Part shown: in pieces, positions 1 to 9,730 of the stretch | Layout: each line of letters begins with the position of its first letter | How positions within the stretch are numbered: position 1 is the stretch's first letter | Assembly: GCA_963665095.1 (NCBI GenBank) | Contig: OY762069.1 | Coordinates: forward strand, 2,880,001 to 2,944,000 | Direction of reading: 5' to 3' | DNA from: an uncultured Desulfobacter sp. | Lineage (GTDB): Bacteria; Desulfobacterota; Desulfobacteria; Desulfobacterales; Desulfobacteraceae | Length of the DNA stretch: 64,000 bases | Translations under genes and position numbers: made by a program | Notes under the pieces: model-generated | What the model saw: only the letters and a program-made list of their open reading frames with translations | Told to the model about the DNA's origin: nothing | The model's database searches: none

Positions 1-2
1 GC

Positions 3-200
3 TACGCCAATGAGATGGTCAAAGAGGTCACGGATACGGCTTTGCAGCTCATGGGCGGATACGGCTACAGCACGGATTACCCCATGGAGCGCATGCTCAG
101 GGATGCCAGGGCCTGGCAGGTGGCCGGCGGCACCCTTCAGATGCTGCGCATCACCGTGGCAAGCATTCTTTTCGGCCGCAGGTTTAACCAGCGGGCTTAA
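3..200 (+). CDS. Acyl-CoA dehydrogenase, C-terminal part (5' truncated by window edge)
   Basis: ALQLMGGYGYSTDYPMERMLRDAR...AGGT matches the acyl-CoA dehydrogenase C-terminal signature; the frame is open from position 3. Confidence 0.9.
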   Translation, partial: YANEMVKEVTDTALQLMGGYGYSTDYPMERMLRDARAWQVAGGTLQMLRITVASILFGRRFNQRA

Positions 201-290
201 CCCCATACAACCGTTTTCAGGTACCTGATGAGACACCATGCCCGCAACGGGCGGCTCATTTCATCCGGGTCCCTGTCCACAGGAGGTTTC

Positions 291-1730
291 ATGGAAAGAC
301 CAATGGAAAGATATGATCAGCTTTATATTGGCGGCCAGTGGGTCGCACCTGAAATTAACAACCAGGTTGATGTGATCAACCCCTGCACGGAAGAACCCTT
401 TGCCCGGGTGGTCATGGGGGGTGAAAAAGATGTGGACCGGGCCGTGGAGCAAGCACGCAAAGCCCTTCCCCAGTGGTCCCAAACGCCTGTGGACCAGCGG
501 GTGAAACTTCTCAACGATCTGGCAGACGCCATGGAGGCGCGCCAGGATGAGATCGGCGACACCATCTCCCGGGAGATGGGCATGCCCTCGGTGTGGTCCA
601 GGATGATCCAGGCGGGGCTTCCCGTGGCAGCATCCCGGAGCATGGCAGAGATCCTTTCAAATTTTGAATTCCAGGCCCCTTTAGGCAACACCATGGTGGT
701 CAGGGAACCCATTGGCGTGTGCGGGTTTATCACCCCCTGGAACTATCCCTTGCACCAGGTCATCGGAAAAGTCGCCCCGGCCCTGGCAGCCGGTTGCACC
801 ATGGTGCTAAAACCCAGCCAGCTCGCGCCGATAGACGCCTTTATCCTGGCGGATATCCTGGACAAGCTGGGGCTTCCCCCCGGGGTGTTCAACCTGGTAA
901 CCGGCAGCGGCAGCCAGGTGGGTGCCGCCATCGCCGCCCATCCGGGCATTGACATGGTCTCTTTGACCGGTTCCACCCGATCCGGGGTCCTGGTGGCCCA
1001 GGCCGCGGCCCAAACCATCAAGCGGGTCACCCTGGAGCTGGGCGGCAAATCCCCCAACGTGCTGCTGGAGGATGCGGATTTTGACGCGGCCGTCTCCAAG
1101 GGCATGTTCAACTGCTATTTAAACTCCGGCCAGACCTGCACGGCGCTCTCCCGGATGATCGTGCCCCAAAACCGCCAGGAAGAGGTCATTGACATGGCCA
1201 TGGCCGCCATTGCCGTGATGGAGATGGGGGATGCCTTTGACGATCAGGTCTACTTAGGCCCCATGGTGGACGAGGCCCAGCAGGCATCGGTGCGAAGGTA
1301 CATTGAATCCGGTGTGGCAGAAGGCGCAACACTTGTCGAAGGCGGCCCGGAACAGCCCGAAGAGCTGCCCAAAGGCTATTATGTCAAACCCACCATCTTT
1401 GCCGATGTCACCCCGGAGATGACCATTGCCAAAGAGGAGATCTTCGGTCCGGTTCTGTGCATCATGCCCTACGACACAGAGGAACAGGCCGTGGCCATTG
1501 CCAATGACACGGTTTACGGGCTGTCCGGTTCGGTGTGGTCCAGTGACTTAGAAAAAGCCAGAACCGTGGCCGGCCGGCTTGCCTGCGGCCAGGTCTTCAT
1601 TAACGGCGCCGACTTTGACGTCAATGCCCCGGCAGGCGGGTATAAACAGTCGGGCCTGGGCCGGGAGAGAAGCCGGTTTGGCCTGGAGGAATATCTGGAA
1701 GTAAAGGCAATGATCGGATACGGCGTTTAA
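291..1730 (+). CDS. NAD(P)-dependent aldehyde dehydrogenase
   Basis: ITPWNYP, LTGST, LELGGKSP, catalytic GQTCTA and EEIFGPV motifs; RBS AGGAGG at 281-286 before ATG 291. Confidence 0.95.
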   Translation: MERPMERYDQLYIGGQWVAPEINNQVDVINPCTEEPFARVVMGGEKDVDRAVEQARKALPQWSQTPVDQRVKLLNDLADAMEARQDEIGDTISREMGMPSVWSRMIQAGLPVAASRSMAEILSNFEFQAPLGNTMVVREPIGVCGFITPWNYPLHQVIGKVAPALAAGCTMVLKPSQLAPIDAFILADILDKLGLPPGVFNLVTGSGSQVGAAIAAHPGIDMVSLTGSTRSGVLVAQAAAQTIKRVTLELGGKSPNVLLEDADFDAAVSKGMFNCYLNSGQTCTALSRMIVPQNRQEEVIDMAMAAIAVMEMGDAFDDQVYLGPMVDEAQQASVRRYIESGVAEGATLVEGGPEQPEELPKGYYVKPTIFADVTPEMTIAKEEIFGPVLCIMPYDTEEQAVAIANDTVYGLSGSVWSSDLEKARTVAGRLACGQVFINGADFDVNAPAGGYKQSGLGRERSRFGLEEYLEVKAMIGYGV

Positions 1731-1759
1731 ACCCAAACAGCAATTAAAAAGGAGGATTT

Positions 1760-2209
1760 ATGAGCGAATATTATACGGATAAAGAGCACCTGTTCGAGAT
1801 ATACAACGCCTTTCTGGCCAATGTACTCCAGGATGACAAGATCGGCCCCAAGATGAAAAAATCCGGGATCATCATCAAGTTCATTTACACCGACCCGGAC
1901 TGCGAAATCCTCATTGACCTGAAAAATCCGCCACAAAAAGAGGGATATTACGGCACCTATTACCTGGGCCCCACAGACATCCAGGAAGATGTCTGGTCCT
2001 CCCAGTCCGCGGATCACTCCCACAGGTTCTGGCACGGGTTTGAAAACCCCATTGCCGCCGTGGCCAAGGGCAAGGTGAAACAGGGGGGCAAAATTACGGC
2101 CATGCTTAAACTTTTGCCGGTAGTTCGTCCCACATTCAAACGGTTTCCCGAGGTACTCAAGGAACTTGGATACGAAGATCTCATCGTCACCAAAGGCGGC
2201 CAGGGATGA
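1760..2209 (+). CDS. SCP2 (sterol carrier protein 2)-like lipid-binding protein
   Basis: 149 aa; C-terminal HRFWHG..NPIAAVAKGKVKQGG...LKLLP resembles SCP2 domains; strong RBS AAGGAGG. Confidence 0.7.
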   Translation: MSEYYTDKEHLFEIYNAFLANVLQDDKIGPKMKKSGIIIKFIYTDPDCEILIDLKNPPQKEGYYGTYYLGPTDIQEDVWSSQSADHSHRFWHGFENPIAAVAKGKVKQGGKITAMLKLLPVVRPTFKRFPEVLKELGYEDLIVTKGGQG

Positions 2210-3582
2210 CACCGGAACTGTTTACCCAGCTGCTCAAGGAATTTTGCGTATTAGGCGGCCTGCTGCTGGCCGGAATGCTGCTGCGGGCGAAGATCAAATT
2301 TTTCCAGAACCTGTTCCTGCCGGCATCAGTCATCGGTGGGTTCCTGGGCCTGCTGTTAGGCCCGGTAGTGCTCAAAGAGTGGGCCATCCTGCCTATCCCT
2401 GAGGAATACATTAAAGATTTTTCCCTGCTGCCTGGTATCCTGATTCTGCCCATCATTGCCTCGGTGCCGTTAGGGGTGGGCGGCGGTCCAAAAAAATCCG
2501 GTAAGGAGAAACGAAAATCCAGTGTCCTGCCCATGTTTCTTATCGGCACGGGCTGCGCCTTCGGCCTGTTTGCTTTAGGATTTGCTACAAAAATCGTCTT
2601 CACCCGCATCATGCCTCAGCTTGATATCTACCCGGCATTCGGCATGGAACTGGCTTTAGGCTTTTTCGGGGGCCACGGCACTGCGGGCCTCATCGGCAAT
2701 ATCCTGCAGAAGCTGAACATGCCCTGCTGGGAAGTAGCCCAGGGGGTGGCGGTCACCTCTGCCACCGTGGGCATTGTATCGGGCATTCTTTTAGGGATGT
2801 TTTTCATCAATATTGCAGCCAGAAAAGGCCGCATTACCCATCTCACCAATCCCAAAGACCTGCCCCGGGACATGAAAACCGGGTATGAACCGGACATCAA
2901 CCGCCAGGAGTTCTCCTGCCGGGAGACCACCCACACCTCGTCCATTGACAGCTTAGGGTTCCATGCAGCCCTGATATTTGCGGTGTGCGGCCTTTCCTTT
3001 GTGGTGACCGATTTTTTCAAGGCTCACCATGTGCCGCTCTTATCCAATATTGCCGAATGGGCTTACGCCATTGCCCTGATGCTCATCGTCAACGGCATTA
3101 TCCAGCGCGTGGGCTTAGGCTTTCTCATTGATGCCAAAATCAAAACCAAGTTCACCGCCATGCTGGTGGATTTCTCCATTGTGTCGGCCATTGCAGGTCT
3201 GCCCGTCAATGCCGTACTCCAATACGCCGTGCCCATGATCGCCATGTTTATCCTGGGTCTGATCATGGTCTATCTGATCATCATGATTTTAGGCATGCGC
3301 GTATTCAAGGACCACGCCTTTGAACGGGCCATTGCCCTGTTCGGCCAGAGCACCGGCGTCATCATGACCGGTATCCTTTTGCTGCGTATCTGCGATTCCG
3401 ACATGAAAACCCCGGTACTTCAGGATTTCTCCATCAGCTATGCGTTATCCACCATGCTATGTTATGCGCTTCTTTTACCGGTCATCAAGCTGCTGCCCAA
3501 CTCCTGGGCCATTTTCTGGCTCACGGCAGGGGTCTGCTCAGCCTGCCTGGTGGGAGCTATACTGTCCAGCCGGAAGGCATAA
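2206..3582 (+). CDS. gltS: Sodium/glutamate symporter (GltS/ESS family)
   Basis: Multi-TM protein with FLPASVIGGFLGL and GFFGGHGTA motifs; ATGA overlap with the upstream gene. Confidence 0.85.
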   Translation: MTPELFTQLLKEFCVLGGLLLAGMLLRAKIKFFQNLFLPASVIGGFLGLLLGPVVLKEWAILPIPEEYIKDFSLLPGILILPIIASVPLGVGGGPKKSGKEKRKSSVLPMFLIGTGCAFGLFALGFATKIVFTRIMPQLDIYPAFGMELALGFFGGHGTAGLIGNILQKLNMPCWEVAQGVAVTSATVGIVSGILLGMFFINIAARKGRITHLTNPKDLPRDMKTGYEPDINRQEFSCRETTHTSSIDSLGFHAALIFAVCGLSFVVTDFFKAHHVPLLSNIAEWAYAIALMLIVNGIIQRVGLGFLIDAKIKTKFTAMLVDFSIVSAIAGLPVNAVLQYAVPMIAMFILGLIMVYLIIMILGMRVFKDHAFERAIALFGQSTGVIMTGILLLRICDSDMKTPVLQDFSISYALSTMLCYALLLPVIKLLPNSWAIFWLTAGVCSACLVGAILSSRKA

Positions 3583-3602
3583 TCCAGCGATCAAGCCTTG
3601 CG

Positions 3603-3629
3603 CCGGTCGGTTCCTTTAGCCGGCCGGCA
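3603..3629. terminator. GC-rich hairpin between convergent genes
   Basis: gccggtcgg-ttcctttag-ccggccggc inverted repeat; no clear U-tract. Confidence 0.4.
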
Positions 3630-3653
3630 CAAGGCGTATCATCTTTCGGAAAT

Positions 3654-5117
3654 TCAGCGGTCAAATGCACAGGTGTTGACAAACACCCGGGGCCCGATGC
3701 ATCGGGCCCAGACAATATTCACCCTGTTCGGATCAATGGGCACCGGCTGCTGCACCACATGTCCGGACCGGTCCGATACCTTGAGCATCAAACTTGCCTC
3801 CTTTGTGGCACTGCAATAAAAGCAGACATTCCGGGGCGCCATGTTCCAGGCGCGCAAATCGCTTTTGTTCACGGTCTGGTTAAATGTTGAAAGGGCGATC
3901 CGGGTCAGTTGCAAAAGGGTGGTGTCCTTGGTCTTTTTGGCGGTTTCATCGAGAATCGCCCTGTCCTTCAGGGTCTGAAGAATCACCCTTAAAACGGCCT
4001 TGGTGATTCTAATCGGCAGATCATCCCTGTACTGTCTTAAGGCCAGCAGATCCAAATCTGCCAGCAGGGGCATTCGCTTTGCATCTCCTGAAGCGCTGTC
4101 AAAAATATCCACGGCGAATATATCCAAAGGACTTTCATTTATGGCGGCCATACTGAATGAAGATACGGTCCTGCTGACCGGGTTTAAAAAAGGGACCTGA
4201 ACATTTCTTTTGGTAGGCGCAAATCCTGTCTGGATAAACACATAGACATTATGCAGTGATGTCAGGGCGGACGAATCTTTCTGGAAATCATCATACAACT
4301 TTTTTACATAGGGGTTGTCTGTGAGAGCTCTGGCATTTTTGAGCTGGGGACGGGCATTTTCAGGTTCCTGGTTCAAAGCAAACACCAGGGCGGACAGAAG
4401 ATAGGTGTATGCGTTTTCATAGGAATTTCTCAGGTTGCGAACCGCCTGCTCCTGGGCACTTGAAAGGCCGTTTTCTTGGGTGAGCTGCCTGACCTGCCTG
4501 TCCACATTAATGTTTTGAATATTATTTTTAGCCGCCTCCTGTCTGACTATGTTTTTGCTCTTTCTTACTTCAGCGATTTTAAGCTCGGCATTTTCCCGGA
4601 TACGAAGATTTTGATTGATGCCGCGCATAATCTCCACACGGGCGGCATCAAGCCGCTCCAGCATCAGGAAATTCATGGCTTTAATGGTGTGCAGAAAAAT
4701 TTTTTCCCAGGGTGCCATATCATATTCACCAGACCCTTCAGCCAGAATAATATCAAGCATATCCTTGGCTGTGTTCCTGACACTGATCCGGGCACGTTCC
4801 TCAAGCATGGTGTATCTGTGGTAAGCAGATTCAAGCACCTGATTGCTTGAATCATATTGCTTTTGCAACGGATAGATGGCTCCCAGCTCAAGCAACGCCA
4901 CCAGACCGGCATCTAATTTCACCCTGCCGCTGCCGTCAAAAACCTCCTGTTCAATGGACGCGATGCTGAAAGTTCCGTTCCGGATAAGGTTCTCTTTGAC
5001 CGGGGCCATACCGGCTGTGTACATCTGGGCTGCACACCCGGCCATCACAGCAAGGCAAAACATTGTTATAAAACTATTTTTAAGAAATGGTCTCAAAGCG
5101 TTATCCCAACCAGGCAA
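3654..5117 (-). CDS. COG3014-like TPR-containing lipoprotein (start uncertain)
   Basis: Lipobox MAGC; EKIFLHTIKAMNFL...ARVE and KSDLRAWNMAP motifs typical of COG3014; downstream of an lpoB-like gene. Confidence 0.7.
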   Translation of the reverse strand: MPGWDNALRPFLKNSFITMFCLAVMAGCAAQMYTAGMAPVKENLIRNGTFSIASIEQEVFDGSGRVKLDAGLVALLELGAIYPLQKQYDSSNQVLESAYHRYTMLEERARISVRNTAKDMLDIILAEGSGEYDMAPWEKIFLHTIKAMNFLMLERLDAARVEIMRGINQNLRIRENAELKIAEVRKSKNIVRQEAAKNNIQNINVDRQVRQLTQENGLSSAQEQAVRNLRNSYENAYTYLLSALVFALNQEPENARPQLKNARALTDNPYVKKLYDDFQKDSSALTSLHNVYVFIQTGFAPTKRNVQVPFLNPVSRTVSSFSMAAINESPLDIFAVDIFDSASGDAKRMPLLADLDLLALRQYRDDLPIRITKAVLRVILQTLKDRAILDETAKKTKDTTLLQLTRIALSTFNQTVNKSDLRAWNMAPRNVCFYCSATKEASLMLKVSDRSGHVVQQPVPIDPNRVNIVWARCIGPRVFVNTCAFDR

Positions 5118-5143
5118 CAGGTAAAGAAACAGGCAGACCGAAA

Positions 5144-6322
5144 TTACTCATCTTTAAAAAAAAGCAAACGGGTGCCCTGGGTTGAACCGGTTTTAATGGA
5201 AACCCCTTCACGCCCCAACCCGCTCCTAAGTGCCTGCTGGAGATCAAATCGGTTTCCAAGAAACGAAATATCCACCTGCAGCAGGTCCTGTGACTGGCCC
5301 CTGACATATTTATCACTGGTCCCGTCCATATTTTCGATGACCGTGACAATGGCTGCCATCTCGTCCTGATTGAAACCTGTAAACCTTAAGGTGTAAAGTG
5401 TGCCCTCATTGGTTCTTCGTTCAAAATAGGAAAGGGTATCTTCAAGGGTCAGCTGGGCTGTCTTGTGCGCCAGTTTGTTCATGGGCGTGGCAAAAAACGG
5501 ATCATCCCGGTCAAGTTCCCCTTCCTTTTTCGGTAATCGGACCCGTGTGGCCTGTCTGTTGGCCCCAATCAGCTCTGCCGATCCCGACGCTACAGCCTTA
5601 AGGGTCAGGGAAAGAGACACCTCTTTAAAATAGGGGTTGTTAAACCCTGTCCGCTCGGCAATATCAATGTCGAAAAGCAGCAGAACTTCGGCCTGGCAGG
5701 CTTGTGCCAGCTCGGATATCTCTTTGAAATCCGTGCCGGAAAAATCGGTCTGCGCCATTTCACGGGCCAGCCTTCTGCCGGAAGAGATATTGATCACCAG
5801 AAACCCTTTTTTAAGGAATACATCTGTGATGGCATTGTGCGCCTCTTTGGCCACCATACTGCCCAAAGGGGCGGAACGCGGACTTTGCGGTCTGTAGACC
5901 ACAACAAAACGGGGATTTCCCACGCGTTGTTTCAGGATGCCCACAGCCCTTAAGTCCGATTCAATATCCGCCATGGCCACGGCGGCTTCGATGCAGGTTT
6001 CCCAGGCCTGGCCGTCCGGGGTCAGGCCCTGGGAAGTGATATGATAATCGGTCACATACCCTGATATTTGTGTATAAATCCGGTCTTTTATTAAAACCGC
6101 ATTATTAACAATGGTATCTGCCGCGATCAGGGTGCCAAGGCCCGTTTCCACGGCATTGCGCCTGGCATCCTCAAGTGCCAGGGCCCGGGTCTTTGCACTG
6201 TTCCCCGGCACAACCATGCTTGTGCCGCAGGCCATAACTGTCTCAGGCTCACACCCAGCCCTGCCCGGAATCAGGCAGATCAGCAAAAGCAGCAACACCG
6301 GTATCAATGATATACGAACCAC
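5144..6322 (-). CDS. Exported protein with FlgT N-terminal-like domain
   Basis: Signal peptide; ALEDARRNAVETGLG...I.ADT.V.N...D.I...SGYV..Y pattern typical of FlgT_N/LPP20-like domains. Confidence 0.65.
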   Translation of the reverse strand: MVRISLIPVLLLLLICLIPGRAGCEPETVMACGTSMVVPGNSAKTRALALEDARRNAVETGLGTLIAADTIVNNAVLIKDRIYTQISGYVTDYHITSQGLTPDGQAWETCIEAAVAMADIESDLRAVGILKQRVGNPRFVVVYRPQSPRSAPLGSMVAKEAHNAITDVFLKKGFLVINISSGRRLAREMAQTDFSGTDFKEISELAQACQAEVLLLFDIDIAERTGFNNPYFKEVSLSLTLKAVASGSAELIGANRQATRVRLPKKEGELDRDDPFFATPMNKLAHKTAQLTLEDTLSYFERRTNEGTLYTLRFTGFNQDEMAAIVTVIENMDGTSDKYVRGQSQDLLQVDISFLGNRFDLQQALRSGLGREGVSIKTGSTQGTRLLFFKDE

Positions 6323-6429
6323 TGTAATCCCCCTGTTTTTTTCAAATAACGTCCATTCGTTTCAGGACGGCCCAAGGACTGTTTCCAGCAAACCCCGGCA
6401 TGGGCTGTAAAAGCCGGGACAAAAGGCAT

Positions 6430-7023
6430 TTACCATCCCAGAATTTTCTTTTCCGACACTTTTCTCAACTGAGCCTCATCCATCCACTCCAAAACCCCTG
6501 TCTTGAAATCCACCATCTTTAATGAAAACTTGTAAAAAACATCTTTGGTGTCTTCGGTAATGGTTTTGATGTCGGTGAGCTCTCCATAAATCCGGTACCG
6601 TGGCGCCGCCTGGTCAGCCAGGTACATCTGCCGGTCCTCATCGCTGATCCTGGTTTCAAACCCCTCTTCCGCAGCCCGTTTCTCATACGCCTGTCTTTCG
6701 CTGTAATCCACGGCAAACCGGACCTTTCCGCTTTTCAGAATCCTGGCGGTAATACTGTCGGTGATGGATTTGGTATCAATGTGCTCATCTGTTTTGTTTT
6801 TTACGGTGTCAATTCTGACCAGGGGCCGCTGGCTGCCGAAATCAAAGCGATTGACCAGAGAATCCGCCATTTTGTCCGCCACAATGATAAGGTCCGTGGC
6901 ACTGAATGTGGTATAGGTTTTTTCGCTGTAATCCGCATCGACCCGTTTGGTTTTCATGCCGTTGCAGCCCATGCACAGGGCAATTAAGGCAACTGCCGCC
7001 AATTGCTTGCCTTTATTGAGCAT
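6430..7023 (-). CDS. lpoB: Penicillin-binding protein activator LpoB-like lipoprotein
   Basis: Lipobox CMGC; VKNKTDEHIDT, SGKVRF and YKFSLKMVDFKTGVLEW motifs; RBS AGGAGG. Confidence 0.8.
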   Translation of the reverse strand: MLNKGKQLAAVALIALCMGCNGMKTKRVDADYSEKTYTTFSATDLIIVADKMADSLVNRFDFGSQRPLVRIDTVKNKTDEHIDTKSITDSITARILKSGKVRFAVDYSERQAYEKRAAEEGFETRISDEDRQMYLADQAAPRYRIYGELTDIKTITEDTKDVFYKFSLKMVDFKTGVLEWMDEAQLRKVSEKKILGW

Positions 7024-7179
7024 ATCCAGCCTCCTTATTATTATTATGGTATTTTCCGGTCCCGGTTAAGAAACCTTCAAACTAACACTGGACGATTTTC
7101 TACGTTCAAAGGACCTGTGTTAAAGGATAACGATAGAACCTGGCATCCGGAGTCTAAATTTTAACGTGGAATCTGTACT

Positions 7180-7209
7180 GATATAGAATAGATAGCTTAT
7201 TCCTGTCAA
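7180..7209 (-). promoter_or_regulatory. Possible sigma70 promoter of the lpoB operon
   Basis: Minus strand TTGACA-18 nt-TATATC. Confidence 0.35.
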
Positions 7210-7357
7210 TCAAAGGATAACAGCCCACTATTAACCGACTGATCTCATTGAAATTATAGAATCAAGCGGTTGCTGTAACATAGAAAAATAAAGGAGAGAC
7301 TGATGGTGTGCTTTAAATCTTTCATCACCTTTATACTGATCTTTTTTCTTGCCTGCC

Positions 7358-8950
7358 TCAGCGGTTTGACCTGCCTTGGATTGATTCAGCTGTTGTTTTT
7401 TCCAGGTTAAAATCGGCCGCCAGACAAACCCGGTTTCTGCCACTGTTTTTAGCTTGATACAGTGCCTGATCCGCTTTTTTCAGAATCAATTCTATGGCTT
7501 GATCCTGTTCGGTCAGACAGGCCGCACCAATACTGACGGTCACGTTTACACGAGTTTCAAAACATTGAACCTTGAGTTCCATGACAGCTTTACGAAGCCG
7601 CTGGGCCCCTGTGACAGCCTGTTGGATATCCGTTTCGGGCATAATTACGGCAAACTCTTCGCCGCCTATCCGGCCAAAGGTGTCAATGTCCCGCAGCGTC
7701 TGTCTGCATGCACTGGTCACTGCCTGCAGGACAAGGTCACCCACATCGTGGCCATATTTGTCATTAATCATTTTAAAATGGTCGATATCCAGCATGAGCA
7801 CGGACATGGGTTTCTGATAACGGCGGCAGCGGGCTACCTCGTCCGTGCCTATTTTCATAAAATGGCGCCGGTTATACACGCCGGTTAACGGATCCGTGGC
7901 GGCAAGATAGCGTAAGTTATCTTCCAGCCGTTTTCTTTCAGTGATGTCCCGCCAGACCAGCAACCAGCCTAAGGGTTCACCCTGGGCACCGGCCAGACGG
8001 TTCACTCGAAGGTCAAAGGTGCACTCCTCCCCCATGACCGGAAACGTCATTTCAGAACTGGCGCCTTTTTCAGTCTGTTCGGGCAGCAGATCATTATCCA
8101 CAAACCGGGTGATTCTTTTTCCTACAACATCATCATTGCTGCGACCCAGTATTTTTTCCGCTGCAGGATTTATAAATGCCACCCGGTCCTGATTATCAAA
8201 AACCATAATACCATCAGAAAGGCTGAAGAACACCTCGTCACGGGCCACAGGCATCACATCATACATCCGGTGGCGGACAAAGCTGTAGCCCATAAGAAGG
8301 GCAGTCACACAGAAACTGATGGGGGTGGGATCCATGTTCGCCACCGGCAGCAGCTTGTAAATATAAAACAGATTGGCAATACATGGTACCAGAAGCGCCA
8401 CAAACAGCAGACGGTACTGCCGGCGAATCAGGGAGGCAGAACGAAGGTATGCCCTGAATATAACCGTGAAGATAACGGCAATGCACAGATATGAATATAT
8501 CACCCAGAGCCAGAAGGCCGGGCCATGGGTCAGCGCCAGCATAGTAAAAGGGCCGCTGTCGTCTCTGACCATCTCCGCCCAGACCCAGCCGTGCCATCCG
8601 TTTGTCCAGGCAAGGCCCAGCATGATGGCGCAGGCAAAATACAAAATATTGACCGCCTGCCGGTTCAGCCATGAGTCCCATCCTACATACCGCCAGATAA
8701 AGATAAAAAAGTTGGCCGGGATTGTACAGATGCCCACATATTGAAGCTGGGTGATCCGTATTTTGGCCTCTATGGAGTTGTCAATATAAAGCAGGGCCTC
8801 GCAAAATGCCCAGATGGCGCTGCCGATCAGAAAATAAAACAGGCTTTTCGCCCCTCTGGTGGACCGTCTGGGCCATAGGTAGCAGGCCGTCATGGCTGTT
8901 AAAACAGCGGCGAGCAGATTAGGCAGATAGTAAAAAGCACGGATGTCCAT
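7358..8950 (-). CDS. Diguanylate cyclase (HisKA_7TM - PAS - GGDEF)
   Basis: N-terminal 7TM region, PAS (DGIMVFD..DRVAFINPAAE), ATDPLTGVYNRR, RxxD I-site and GGEEF. Confidence 0.92.
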   Translation of the reverse strand: MDIRAFYYLPNLLAAVLTAMTACYLWPRRSTRGAKSLFYFLIGSAIWAFCEALLYIDNSIEAKIRITQLQYVGICTIPANFFIFIWRYVGWDSWLNRQAVNILYFACAIMLGLAWTNGWHGWVWAEMVRDDSGPFTMLALTHGPAFWLWVIYSYLCIAVIFTVIFRAYLRSASLIRRQYRLLFVALLVPCIANLFYIYKLLPVANMDPTPISFCVTALLMGYSFVRHRMYDVMPVARDEVFFSLSDGIMVFDNQDRVAFINPAAEKILGRSNDDVVGKRITRFVDNDLLPEQTEKGASSEMTFPVMGEECTFDLRVNRLAGAQGEPLGWLLVWRDITERKRLEDNLRYLAATDPLTGVYNRRHFMKIGTDEVARCRRYQKPMSVLMLDIDHFKMINDKYGHDVGDLVLQAVTSACRQTLRDIDTFGRIGGEEFAVIMPETDIQQAVTGAQRLRKAVMELKVQCFETRVNVTVSIGAACLTEQDQAIELILKKADQALYQAKNSGRNRVCLAADFNLEKTTAESIQGRSNR

Positions 8951-9033
8951 CAGTACCTTATATAGGTTATTATTCAGTTATCAGGTATAAAAAAATATTT
9001 GGCAGTCGCTGACATGTATAAATTGTCATAATA

Positions 9034-9705
9034 TCAGCCCTCGAACACCAGGGTCCCAAAAAATTCAGGCCGATGAAAATCGGGGACGGGGAAATCCACT
9101 GGTGCCCAGGTCAGCCAGTGGGGATGAGAGGTGCTGTCCCCGCATTTATAAAAATTGCCGCGCCACATCTTACCAGGAACAGGCCTGACCACCGGGCAGT
9201 ATTTTTCAAGCAGGTCAAAAGGAACGGCGTAGGCAACCTCCCAGATCCGGGGTTCGGTTATTTCAGGCTCAACAATGTCAGGAAGCGTATGCGCAACAGC
9301 AATGGCATGGCACGCTTTTTCCGGAAGGACAATTCTGTTTTTCCTGGGTTCCGGCTGAAAGTGAAACAGCATGGTTCCGCCGCAGTTCATCTCAAGGTTG
9401 AAATAACCGGTATCCGGATCTGTCCCCGGTGTAAAAAAGAACTCCACACAGCTGTCCTTATACACCTCACCCTGGTGGTGCCGGGCCAAAGCCCTGATAT
9501 ACCGGTCATGGACCCGGAAGTGAACGCCAATGGCGTCCTGATTATAGACAGTCGTTACCTCAACTGTCGGAAAATGAACCGGCCTTTCCCCCATGAAATG
9601 GTTTAGCCTGGAAAAGGCTGCCTCCCGCCTTTCAGCGCCTTGTGCCATAAAGGTTTGGATCTGTAACCGGTCATGTTTTGGTACATGTATTAAGGGTACA
9701 GCCAT
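9034..9705 (-). CDS. Carbohydrate-binding family 9-like (DOMON-like) protein
   Basis: VYKDSCVEFFF, YFNLEMNCGG, WRGNFYKCGD and DFHRPEFFG motifs. Confidence 0.85.
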   Translation of the reverse strand: MAVPLIHVPKHDRLQIQTFMAQGAERREAAFSRLNHFMGERPVHFPTVEVTTVYNQDAIGVHFRVHDRYIRALARHHQGEVYKDSCVEFFFTPGTDPDTGYFNLEMNCGGTMLFHFQPEPRKNRIVLPEKACHAIAVAHTLPDIVEPEITEPRIWEVAYAVPFDLLEKYCPVVRPVPGKMWRGNFYKCGDSTSHPHWLTWAPVDFPVPDFHRPEFFGTLVFEG

Positions 9706-9730
9706 ATCTTCTCCTCTAAAATAACGGGTA

